From the NCBI RefSeq assembly GCF_018350175.1, contig NC_058382.1:59460001-59524000 (forward strand): a DNA stretch of 64,000 nt, written 5' to 3'. This document shows positions 33,551 to 45,300 of this stretch, in pieces. Position 1 is the stretch's first letter. Every line of letters begins with the position of its first letter. Under the pieces are notes generated by a model that had not been told where the DNA came from, did no database searches, and worked only from the letters and a program-made list of their open reading frames with translations. A program made the translations under genes and the position numbers. The stretch is from Felis catus. Its lineage: Eukaryota.

Positions 33551-34714
33551 AACAATGCTGCTGTCCTAAGTCTCGTGTTTGAGGATGGTGTGCTATGCAT
33601 CCCTAGACACCCAGAATGGCACATTCTCGTATTGACTTACTATCACTGTGAGTGGGCATTACTATACCCATTTTACAGACTCGGAGAGGTTAAGGAGTTT
33701 GTCCAGAACCACATTAAATACCGGAGACCAGCTCAGCTGGCCCTCTCACCCCCGCACCGTCCTAATTGAGAGGCGTGCCCACAGCCCCTCGCTCCCAGAC
33801 GCCCACCCTCAGTGAGCCTCCAGAGCGTCTGTGGGTCTGGTGGTGGATGCTCAGGACCCATCGGGCCATCCGCTCGGCCCATGGGGCCGTCTAGGCCCCT
33901 GTGCCGTGAGAACCAGCAGGTCTACCCCCGCCCTCCCCCTCAGAGCGCTGCGTGGCCTCTGCCCGTACCTTCTGGGAAGGCCCCCGGCCGCAGGACGATC
34001 TCCGTGGTGGGTCTAGCTGCCAGGAGACTCCCCGGGACGGCATGTCGGTCCTGGACCCCGACCCTGCCGCTAACAGTGCCACCACGGGGCTTTCCCACTG
34101 CCCACTCTTCATGATTTACGCTCACGAACTTCCCTGAGAAACACACACGTGTAACATTCACGAGTCTTATTCCTGTCAGCGTTAAAGGAACTGGAAAAAC
34201 AGAAAATTCTCACCTCCGCCCCCCTCACTGGAAAGTACTTTCCCACAATTTTCTGTTACGAACCTTCCCCAGCTGTGCTAATTACTCAACATGAAATGGC
34301 CCCGTGAGACAGAGCTCACTCTGCTGCACAGCGGTCCCTGTCTCAGCCGTGCGCCACCCGCCCCCCCCCCCCCCCCCCCAGTGACAGCCATCACGGGCTT
34401 GGTGCTCCGCCTGGCCCCGCTCTCCTGCTGCCCTGTGCTGCCCCTTCCAGGCTCTGCTCCACCGCTGCTGCTGCCAGGAAGGCCTCGGGGAGCACTCCCT
34501 GGAGGGAGAGGACCTCACCCACCACCATCAGCACCTCACAGGCAACCCTAAGTTCAAACATCGAATCTAATCTCCCGTTAGGCTGCGCCCTCTCCCCGCG
34601 TCCCCTGCTCCGTGGCTCCAGTCTCATGTTCCCTCCCACACGGCGTCACGGTCGTCACAGCTCAGCACCCACCCCGTGCTCAGAGCTGGGCCCTGCGCTT
34701 CCCGTGGACTACCT

Positions 34715-34850
34715 CATTTCATAGCAGACACAATGACAACAAACCCACTTTGCAGAGGACAAACCAGAGCTCTGGAAAGGTGAGCCATAATGCGTACCTG
34801 GGATATGAGCCCAGGCAGCCTGAAGCCAGGCTGTGTGTCACTGGCCACAC
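34715..34850 (-). mobile_element. MIR
   Basis: 'cccactttgcagaggacaaaccagagctctggaaaggtgag...gggatatgagcccaggcagcctga'. Confidence 0.6.
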
Positions 34851-35399
34851 TGGTAATTAATTCACAGCCCTGACTGAGCATCAGCAACCAAAGGAGAAAC
34901 AGTGAAAGGACACAATCCAATCTGTTCCCGCAAATGAGCAACAGAGAAAAAGTTCTTTAATGGTAATATGCGATCCTGGCCGAGACGTGTCAAGACAGGA
35001 ACCACCATGACACTACACTGCCTGCAGTGGTCGAAACGCACACGCAGTCTCCTATTTGTTACGGTGGTACAGAGCAAGAATCCTAAAATCAGACAGAAGG
35101 TTTCTCTCAATCACTCCCACTGCCTATCTCCCAAGGAACTGAGCAAGACATGGCTGGAGGTTTACGCACAGCAACGGTCATGGTCACGGCCGCTGCAGCA
35201 TGACTTCCAATTGCGAAGACCTGGAAACAACGTAAATAAACAGCAAGAGGGACGGACTCTGGAAATCTGGTTTACTTTCTTCTTTCAGTATTTTCCAAAT
35301 TCCCTCGAGTTGCAGGTACATGCTTCCGTGAGCCGGGGGAAGAGGGAGTCAAGAGCACTTACAAGGCAAAAGCAGAGACATAAGCCACCACCTTTCTGT

Positions 35400-35895
35400 G
35401 GGCAGAGGACAACCTTTGGGGGACATTTTGGCAGTCCGGGGCCCATGATTCTCCTGCTAGAAATTCATCCTGCACAAGTCCTCACATGAACACGTGGAGA
35501 CACGTGTGCAAGCATAGTCACTGGAACACAGGACTCACAGGGCAACCTACCTAAAGGGGTTGTTAAATAGGTAATGGGACGGCCATACAAAAAGCAATTC
35601 TGTGTGGTTACAGGGAAAGACATGGGGCTGGAGCATGAAGCACGAGCCATGATACACTGCTGAGCAGAAAACAAGCAGGTTGCAGACCTGTGTGTATGGC
35701 ATTATCCAATTTGTGTACGAAAGTATAAATACGTGGGACTGTTTGTGCAGGCACTGGACAGTGTAGAGGAATACACAATACACTTGGAGCCAGTGGTTAC
35801 CTGGACAGGGCACAACTGGAAGAATGAGGAACCTTTATGTTTCACTTAGCTTTTATATTGCTTGAATTGTTTTCAAAAGCAGTATTGCTCTAGGC
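35400..35895 (+). mobile_element. L1ME-like 3' end
   Basis: 'attctcctgctagaaattcatcc', 'aaaacaagcaggttgcagacctgtgtgtatggcattatccaatttgtg', 'cagtggttacct'. Confidence 0.7.
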
Positions 35896-35909
35896 AAGTA
35901 AACATAGTC

Positions 35910-36600
35910 TTTCCTTTACTTTCTGTTATGGAAAAATTCAAACGCACGCAAAAACAGAAAGAACGGTACGATTAACCCTGAAGGACCCGTCACTCGGCTT
36001 CCAGCTTCCAAAATGATCAAGTCCTGCCCCATCTCGTTTCCCCGCGACCCTGTTCATCCAGAGTCGAGCACCATTGTCCCACCTAGAAAACGTCAATCGT
36101 TCTATCTCTTCAAAGAGCCAGTCAGCGTTCACGTTTCTAATTCCTCGTGATGTTATGTCATTTTTTTAACAGTTCATATCAGAATCCAAATAAGGGCCAC
36201 AAAGTACACTCTATCTGATGTGACATCTCAGTATTTTCTCTCTCACACACAGATATGTATACGTGTGTATATATGTGTGTGTACGTATCTGCAGATACAT
36301 GTGTAGAGAAATGGAGGCACAGAGAGGCAAGGTAACTTGCCCTGGGAGCACACGTCTGCATGGAGACTAAGAGTGGCGGACAGAGAGGCTGCCTGAACAA
36401 CCCAGGAGGCTCGTCACTGACGTTTCCCACCGTCTGGGTCTGGTCAGTCACACCCCCCGGGGTGTCATTTCATCTGTTCTTCTGTCCCCTGGGTTTCCTG
36501 TAAACAGGTGGTTGGATCAGGAGGCCTGACCCAGCTCAGGTTGGAGGTTTGGGGCAAGACTGCTTACGAGCAACGGTGTGTTCTATCATTGAGGGTCCTC
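35910..36600 (-). mobile_element. L1MC4/5-like 3' end, with a MIR piece at ~36300-36400
   Basis: 'ttatggaaaaattcaaacgcacgcaaaaacagaaagaa', 'agaatccaaataagggccac', 'tttcctgtaaacaggtggttggatc'. Confidence 0.65.
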
Positions 36601-36613
36601 TTGGCTCATTTTG

Positions 36614-36847
36614 TTTTTTGGTTTTTTTTTTAATTTTTTTTTCAACGTTTATTTATTTTTTTGGGACAGAGAGAGACAGAGCATGAATGGGGGAGGGGCA
36701 GAGAGAGAGGGAGACACAGAATCGGAAACAGGCTCCAGGCTCTGAGCCATCAGCCCAGAGCCCGACGCGGGGCTCGAACTCACGGACCGCGAGATCGTGA
36801 CCTGGTTGAAGTCGGACACTTAACCGACTGCGCCACCCAGGCGCCCC
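36614..36847 (-). mobile_element. Young cat-type CanSINE (SINEC_Fc-like)
   Basis: Same diagnostic variants as the 7265 copy; TSD ctcttggctcattttg at 36598-36613 and 36850-36865. Confidence 0.96.
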
Positions 36848-37299
36848 TACTCTTGGCTCATTTTGTGATGTGAGCTGCAGTGAGGTTTGGCGCTAGCAAA
36901 CCCTGGCTTGTGTGAGACACCCGCCCGTGGTCGGCCAAGCGCGAGACCAGCCTCTCTCCACCAAGCACACACATACGGTCATTGTAATCACAGGAGACAT
37001 TCTTTGCTTCCAGCTCCCCTAAATTTGATTACATGACCCCCAGAAGTGTGGGGAGACAGCATTCCCCCCCCACTATCAGTGTGTCCTGTTGCCTACCTCG
37101 ACCTGTCTGAGCCACCGTGACACCGGATAACGCCTTCCCATTGTGTTTACCTCATGAGGGTGCTTTGGAGGCTGAAATGTTGTGGGGAAACATGGCGGGG
37201 GGCTTGTCTACACAGGTGTTTCGTTCCACACTCTGAGGCAATTCAGTAAAAGAGATGAGCTTACAGACCCTGAGGCAAAACCGAAGACCTCTAATCAAG

Positions 37300-37425
37300 G
37301 CTTCCTCACCTCCTGGCCGTGTGACCCCAGGCAAGTCACCTAACCTCTCTGTGCCTCAGTTTCCTGCTGCTGAATGGGAGTAACGTGATCACCCACTTCC
37401 TAGGATGGTAGGGGGAAGTGGATTA
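37300..37425 (+). mobile_element. MIR
   Basis: 'gtgtgaccccaggcaagtcacctaacctctctgtgcctcagtttcct'. Confidence 0.85.
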
Positions 37426-37857
37426 GGGAACATGTACAAATTCCCGAGCACCACACTGGCACATGAAATGCCAGCACGGTTCCATGACCCTTGAAGGGGT
37501 TCGGGTGAAGCCCAGCGAGCATGTGATGAACGAGCACACCCTGGGGCGCGGCTCAGCAGGTGGCATGGCGACCAGAGGTGCTTTGTTGCTTGGTTGCTCA
37601 TGGCAATGCTGCTTCCCCACCACCTCCCCAGCCCCAGCTTTTTAACCTGTGAGGTGAGGCTATGACGGAGCCCAGGCATCAGAGGGGGCGGCAAACATCT
37701 GACCCCCTAGACCATGTAATGCTAAGAGCTAATGTAAGCGGGAGGATTCCTTAGCCCTAGGCTTCCTCCGTCTTACTGCAGTGGCCCAGCCGCCCCGGGA
37801 GAACTGGTCAACCTCTACCCCGTGTGATGTTTCCGGCACTATGCAGATGACACAGGC

Positions 37858-38164
37858 TAGCACCAGCCTCTGGGGCGGATGTGTTTCAGAGCTCAGAGTG
37901 TTGAAGATTTTAGGAAGGCAGGGAGTTACACACCAGGTACTGTCTTAACACTCTGGCCCGTCTGGGACAGCACCGCTGATCGAGAACATTGATATTTGTT
38001 CAGCAAGACATACAAACCGCTAAGTGAAATCAATAAAGACACGAATAGACTCACAACATTCGTGTCAAGTCTCCCACCCAATTAGTCAGCAGCAATCTTA
38101 GGAAAAATGTTTCGGTGGCCCAATCTTTTGGGATTTTGGCATTGCAGATAAAAGCATGTAGGTC
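37858..38164 (-). mobile_element. MER46C-like Tigger DNA transposon
   Basis: 'gatgtgtttcagagctcagag...ttttaggaagg', 'ctaagtgaaatcaataaagac', 'ttttgggattttggcattgcagataa'. Confidence 0.65.
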
Positions 38165-38166
38165 AT

Positions 38167-38363
38167 GGAGCATCCGGGTGGCTTAGTGGTTAAGCAACCA
38201 ACTTGGCTTTGGCTCAGGTCATGATCTCATGGTCATGGGATGGAGCCCTGCGTTGGGCTCCGCACTGAGTGTGGAGCCTACTTGGGACTCTCTCTCTCTC
38301 CCTCTCTCTCTCTCTCTGCCCCTCCCCTGCTCTCAAAAAGAAATAAATCAACTTTAAAAAAAC
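38167..38363 (+). mobile_element. CanSINE
   Basis: TSD aaaagcatg(t/c)agg at ~38150 and ~38364. Confidence 0.92.
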
Positions 38364-38989
38364 AAAAGCATGCAGGCTGGCAGTGTGCGTATCAGAGAGA
38401 CCACACACGGGGTGCAATGGGGGACAAGGACAACTCCTACAGCAGGGCTCAGAGCTGAACACATCAGGCCAATACGAGGCCGTATGGACCCCTGGGCACC
38501 TTCACAGATAATCCTAGGAACCCATCCTCTGCACTATGGGCAGGGCTGGCAGTAATGGGGTCCAGGAAGGCAGAGAGGAGGGTATGGAAAGTTCTTTACC
38601 ACCTTTGGGCTCTTGGTCCCCGCCCTCATGTCCAGGGGGCGCTGGGGTCCCTGAGCTGCTGAGGGGTCAGCCAGACATGCTGTGGGTTCTTCTCCTTGAG
38701 GCCCCAGGGCCCAGGTCACCGCAGGACCATGTCAGGGGCACATGGTGGGGTCTCTAGGCCTGCCTCCAGGGCATCCTTCCTCTGTTCCAGGACTCCGCCT
38801 CCACAGCCATGGCTGATTGGCCCAGGGGAGATCCCGAGACCCAGTCAGTGTGCTTCCCTGACAGACACTGCATTCGGCAGGGAGAAGGAGCAGAGAGGTC
38901 CCTCTCGTGCATGAATGGCCATGGCCTCTGGGGGCCTGAGACGAACAGCAGGTGCTGTCTCTTGTGCCCCCGTGTGGAGGAAGCGGTTT

Positions 38990-39201
38990 GAGAGAGAGGG
39001 AGAGGGAGAGGGAGAGGGAGAGGGAGAGGGAGAGGGAGAGGGAGAGGGAGAGGGAGAGGGAGAGGGAGAGGGAGAGGGAGAGGGGAGGGGGGAGGAGAGG
39101 AGAGGAGAGGAGAGGAGAGGAGAGGAGAGGAGAGGAGAGGAGAGGAGAGGAGAGGAGAGGAGAGGAGAGGAGAGGAGAGGAGAGGAGAGGAGAGGAGAGG
39201 G
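38990..39201 (+). repeat. 212-nt pure polypurine tract: (GGAGAG)n then (GGAGA)n
   Basis: Direct reading; no pyrimidines on the + strand. Confidence 0.98.
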
Positions 39202-40584
39202 TGGAGTGCAGAGAGAAAAGGATGTGGGGAAAAGACATTTCTCCTGCTCCCCTGGCTGAGGTGACACAGAGGCCCAGGTCACTCCTGCCCTCTCCACGGC
39301 TTGGATTTCATCCTTTCCACAAACCCCCATTTTTACCTAACTTCAGTCGAGCTGGGGCAGGAACAGCACGTGCGGGAAGAAAGGGTCCAAGCAGCCGGCC
39401 GTGAAGCCACCTGGCTGGGAAACGAGCGCCGTGTTGGAAAGCACGCTCCCGCGTCTGTACTTGTTCAGGAGGCCGGGGACGGAGGGGCGGGCACGTCTTC
39501 CCCCGAACCCACCCAGCACCTGCTGGGCAACACTGACCCCACTGCAGGGTTTGGCTTCACACAGACTCTGTATAACACCTTGTAAAGAAAGCCACTGGAG
39601 CAGAAGATTAAAGAGCACCATTAACTTAGTCGTTTCATTTCTTCTGAGACCAAACAAAAGCTGGAAACGTGCGAGGAAACATTGCCGAGTTATTTACTCT
39701 CCGTTACCAGGGGCCGTGCACCGCCCCACGTGAGCAGCTCCAGGCGGGTCACAGCGCTGGTTTATAAGGTGTAAGTGTTGAGGGGCGGCCAGCGCCATCC
39801 TGCAGGGACGCTGGGAGCAGTCGAGAGGGTCCGAATGGAAAGTCAGCCCCAATAAAAGCTCAAGGGGCCCGCCTGGCATCCTGGCTCTGGCGGGACCGGG
39901 AAGGAGGTCTGTGCAGTTCCACGGGGTCCCTGCCAGTCCTGGGTGGAATGTGTGTGGAGGCCCTGCCCTTCTGGGCTGGTCTGCCTCTTTATGGAGTTCT
40001 GCAAACCCCTGTCTGGAGCCCTGGGCGTGCATTTCAGGGAGAAAGCCGACTCTCACGTTGCCGGCTGCCGTGCAGAAGAGGAAAGCAGAATCGCACTCCA
40101 GGGAGTTGCAGGGGACAGAAACGGACTGAGCCAAAGAGAGAGATTTGTTTCAGGTGACAGGCAGCTCACAAGACACTCAGGGCTCAGAGGACCGGGACCA
40201 GGAACATGAGCCTTCAGAACGGAGGGCACATGCCCTCAGGCCCAGTCTGTGTCCGTCTCTTGCCTCTCTGCCCCCCAACTAAGTTACTCGTACATGCTTC
40301 TCACATCCTTGTGTGGGGTCTTCTACGTCTCCCACTCCAGGCCCTCCTTCTCTGGGTCTCTGCGTGCACAGCAGGATACGAAGGCCCCATGGCTCGCAAG
40401 GCACCATTCAAGCCACCCCCAGACGACAGCGTCTCCAAAGCCCAAGTTGCTAAGTGAGAGAATCCGGCCAGCCTGCAGCCCAGTGTCCATCCCCCGGCCC
40501 AAGTAATCGTGGCCAGCGAGGGTCACACAAAAAGGCTCCACCCTGGTCCTTGTTCCCTTCCTGGAAGGCATCCCCACATGTGGT

Positions 40585-41190
40585 CGGTCAACAAAAACAC
40601 ACTGAGAAACTGCTGTGTGCCAGGCGTGGTGCTAGGTGGTGGCGGGCGGGCGGGCGGAGTGGGGGATACCACGATCAATAAAAGAGACCTGGTCTCTGCC
40701 CACGAGACACCATTATCCCAACGAGAGAGGGAGATGGGAGTTTAACAAGCACACCGAGGGAATTTCAACTCCAGCAGCGCCGACAGAAAGGGCCGGGGTG
40801 AAAACAGAACTCCGTAACGTGAGGGGAACCGACCTGGGATCTAAAGATGAGTTTAGATCATGTGAGTTAAAATCTAGACACTGTAGAAGTTAACCTGGCA
40901 AATGATGGAGAAAAAGCCCTCAGGCAGAGGAAAGAGCTCAAGCAAAGGTCCCAGGATGGGAGGGACAAGGCTGCCGGGGAGTGAGGAGGGGGCCTCGAGT
41001 GACCCAGAAGAGGGCAAGGGCGTGGTAGCGAGGGGAGGGTGCTGGGCAATGCTGCGAAGACACAGGAGGAATCTCAGTTCTCGGTTCTCACAGTGGCGGC
41101 GATAGGTGCCACTGAAAGGCTTTAGGCCGAGAAGCCAGTGGTGCGGATGGGGGCTCAGGGTGCAGCGAGGTTTCAGGTGAGCCGCTGGAA
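40585..41190 (-). mobile_element. L2
   Basis: 'tgctgtgtgccaggcgtggtgctagg', 'caggcagaggaaagagctcaagcaaaggtcccagg', 'gccactgaaaggctttagg'. Confidence 0.8.
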
Positions 41191-42129
41191 GGGTGTGAGT
41201 GTCCACCTGAGTCCTGTCTCCACGAGCTGAACCCCCAGAGCCTCCGTTCTCAAGCCTGGCTCTTGCCCAGGGCACCTCCATCGTCCTCCCAAAGCTCTAT
41301 GCTCCAGAATCCAAAACTCGCCATGGCTTCAGCACCACCCATGGTGTCCTGTCCTGGGGCCTGGGAAACTCAGCAGCACGGAGAACAATATTTATCTTAT
41401 ATTTAGCCACATCCCCACCAGATGACTAATATCCGGTCCCCACACCACAGCTGAAACACAAGACTCAGCACACAGACTGTGGGATGCAGGAGGCAGCAAC
41501 CACAGAGACGGGTGGAGGAGGGGTGCCGAGCAGTTATCACGATAAATCAGTGGGCCCCCCACACACACGCTCTGCCTGTTAAGACACAACTTCAAACCTG
41601 CTTCTGTGAGCCCTTGTGAGGAAAGCTGTGTGATAAGACGGGGCGACAGCCCACGCAGGGGGCACCACGGGTAGGGAGGGGCTCGGGGAACTTGGCAAGG
41701 TTAACTCACAGCCACACATTCCAACGTGGCCACTCCTGTTACACTGCCAACGTACTGATGGGGAATCAAAGACACAGAGAGGTCACACAGTCAGTAGGCG
41801 ATGCGGCCGGTCTGAACCCACGATGGGCCTCCAGAGTTCCCGCTTTTCGCCACTACCGTCTATCGCCTCTCATACGACACCCTGCAAACACAGCCCAGAT
41901 AGGCGACGTTGCTACTTTGTTAATTATGCTCCTGTCGAACATCCAATCAAATCCGTACCTGTGATGGCGGCCGCCAGGGCCTGCATGACCTCCCCAGCTT
42001 GCCCTCACTGTCTCCTTGCCGACACGACACGTGGCCAGGTGACCACTCCTCCCCCGCTCACCCTCTAAATCTCCTACTGAAGCTACTGACAAAGACAGGT
42101 GCCCCCCCCCCCCGTTAAAGCCCTGCTAC

Positions 42130-42320
42130 TGCCCCCCCCCCAGCACTCTGTGCTTCCCCTTTGGGACACTGCTCTCCACCTGCAATGTTACATTTATACG
42201 CATCCTTTTCATGTGACCCAGAAGTGCCAACAGGCAGAGACTGTCTCTGCTCTACTCACCGCTGACCTCTCGGCACCTGTTGGAAGGCCAGTGGCACAGA
42301 GTTATTTACGGACAGAAGTT
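42130..42320 (+). mobile_element. L2 3' fragment
   Basis: 'ggcagagactgtctctgctctactcaccgctgacctctcggcacct'. Confidence 0.55.
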
Positions 42321-45300
42321 GGGGAGAGGAAGGGAAAGCGGACAGGGACAGAAACCCTGTGTCCCAGGAGCACATGGTGTATATGAGCACGTACACAGCA
42401 TTCACTTCTTACCATCTCCTTGACTAACGAGTTGTCAACAGATACTTGACGTGGTTTTAACTCTTTGAAAATCATCCTTTGACAGCTGTCACCAAGCACG
42501 GCTTCCCAAGACAATCCAAACTGACCTGGACCTTAAAGGATGGCATAGGGACATATGGACGGGACTGGCGGACTGGCAGAGGCCAGGCAGCGTGCACCCA
42601 TACAGGGACAGCCACCCCACGCGAGGTACCCTCCTCTGCCTGGGTGGTGCCTAATTTTCCACACTAGTACACCAAATGGGAAGAGACGTCAGCAGGGGTG
42701 GTTTAGATGTTTATAAGGAAAGACACTGGATTGATCCGGCTCTGGTGGGGGAATTCGCATAGCAGGAGAGCAGACCAGAACAACGTGTGGTAGTTAAATA
42801 AATCACAGTGCATCTGGTCAGTGACTGCGTGGTGGGACAAGGTGAGCAGATACGCCTGGTCTGATGCAGACACAGCTGTACGATGCCTCAGATATAGTCC
42901 ACACCTAACAATGGCTGGGACGCATATTTTAGATGGAAAAAAAAAAACAGCATTGCAAAAGCAGCACGGGTAGAAAATGGTACGATTTACGCTTAAAACT
43001 ACACGGATGTAGGTATAAACATAAATGTGATTTTACACGTCAATAAAATTTCTAGAGAAATGATCGTGAAAAATTTCCCCAAACCTCGTTCTGGACAGAA
43101 CCTTCTTAATACGATGTCATTCACAAACCTCCTTCTGAGAAGAAATGGGCATTTCTGGTCGTGACATGCTTACACAATTCTCCAGTAAACTTCAGACTGA
43201 CCCTCAGGCAAGAGTTGACGGCCGTCCACCAGTTATGCCTTTTTGGGTCTGCGCTAAAGGTCTGGGAGAAGGAAGCTGAGGGCCTTCACTTTCTGTGCTT
43301 CTGTAATCTCTGAATTTTTTGCCGTTGCCTTATATTATTTTAACAAATGTTTTTGAAGATTTAAACATGTATCATGGCCAGGTTGTGGAAAAGCTTAAAT
43401 GTCACATGGGACTATCTGGAAATTATCACACAAACGATAGGGAAGCCACGGAAGAACTCTGAGCCAAGAATTTCCTGGACTGAAGTGTCATTTTTGGAAG
43501 ATTTACGTTGAACTAGTGAGACTCCCCTCCTCTGCTGCCCATGCTCGCCTCGGCTTCTCCTGAAATGAGGTTTGGAAAGTGCAACTATTCCATGTGGATA
43601 GTCGGAGTAGATTTAAACAAAACGTGTGCAGAAAAGCTATGGGACACCTTGAAATAGGCCAAAAGGATTAGCGGGTGTCACTGGAACCAATGACAGTGAA
43701 ACAGGCACTGGGCTGGGAGGCAGGAAGCAGGCAGGGTGGCCAGTCCCCCGTCGCCTGTGCCCCGAGGAGGCGACAGCCCTGCCCATTGGAGAACACGGGG
43801 GTCACTGCAGATCCTCGCCCGAGGACGTGCAAACAAACTATGTCCCGGGAGCCACAGCTCACTCGCCCTGCTGGGAAGATGGCTCCAAACACACATGCTC
43901 TTCCTTGTAGACATAAAGAGGCGCGTGCCTGTGGGTGCTCCGCATCAGTCTCCTGATTGCCGACACGCACAACTGTCCCGCACATTCTCCTCCCAACAGG
44001 CTTCACTGTCTTACTAGCTTATCAGTGACCTAAATAAAATCTCGTGCATGGGTTCACTTATCTGCACAGGAGGGGCATGATTCTGCCTTCTGCTAACTGT
44101 ATACTCTGACACGACCAAATCCGAATGGATGGAATGAGACAATGGCTCAGCTCCACGCCTGCCATCTGAACCAAGAGGAATCAGAGAGGACCAGAAGTTG
44201 GGAGCTGAGTATTTTATGGCTGAGCATGTCAGGCGGCCAGGACCGGAAAGGGGAGATGTGATTTGGAAATAGTTCAGCAGTCAGTTGGGCATGGAGTGGC
44301 CGGGGACCGTTCCAGATGTGGCAGAGTTGGCGGGGGGGGGGGGGGGGGGAAGCAGATGGAGGGAGAGTTGGGGACAAGGGAAAATCTGATTATCAGATGT
44401 GCAAGGCGCTTACAGACATGCTTCTGTAATTAGACGATGCTAAACAGGACAGAAAGAGGGAAGGAAAATGAAGGGTTTGTGGGGACTGGATGTGGGGAAA
44501 CTTGTTATTCTTGAATCTGAACAATGAGGTGCTTTCTTAAAAGGTAATCAGATAAGAGAGCAAAAGGGAGGCTTGTTCCAAACTGCACCCGAGCCCATGA
44601 TCACACAATATTTACATTAAATTTAGAGCTAATGAAATTCCAGGTCAGTGATCAGCAGAGCAGTGTTGGCCTGCCAGGGCGCCCTCCTCACCCAGAGACA
44701 AACTGGCAGGCTGTGTTTTGAATAATAATAGTCCCAGATGGGGGGGGGGGGAGGGAGGGGGGAGCCTCTGGGAGGAGATCCAGTCTCTGGGGGTCCTTTC
44801 AGGGCTTAAGTGACTTCAGAGGAAGAAAGGGAGAGCACTCTGGAGTCCTCTTCCTGGGCCAGGGCCAGGATTCCCTGAGATGTCACACACTGTCACACAC
44901 ACCCCGGTGAGGGCGGGCTCCTATGCACCCCTCCCTGCCTCTGTGCAGCCAGAGAGACTGTCCGAGTGGACTAGGGACTGGACCTCCCTGGGTTCACCTG
45001 CGGGGAAGGCAGAGCACAACGGCGCTCCAGAAGGAAACCTCTTCCTCCTCCTTCACACGGTGCACCTCTCTTGGCTTGAAACCCACACACGAGGAACAGA
45101 AAGACAGCATGCTGAGCGAGCCCAGAGGACTTAAAGTCAAGGCTCCAGTTCCTGCAGCTCTGCTCGCTGGCCTCGGGTGGGCTCCCCTGGCCGTCGCCCA
45201 GGTCGCCCTGGCGGGCCGATACCCGCCTGGAGAGGGGCACGGCGCTCACGGAACTGTCGCTCAGATGCGGTTGATCACTGGTGGTGGTCACAGAGAAGTA

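Noticed and set aside
38732..39404. ER/EG/SPLLS repeat ORFs
   Set aside because: Translations of the polypurine microsatellite.
42413..42530. Minus-strand exon candidate ending ATG|GTAAGA
   Set aside because: Peptide unrecognised; the acceptor lies in L2-like sequence.
43174..43261. Minus-strand exon candidate (ttccttctcccag acceptor, GTAAGC donor, 88 nt)
   Set aside because: Peptide not recognised and no partner exons; such pseudo-exons are common. RNA-seq junctions would be needed.
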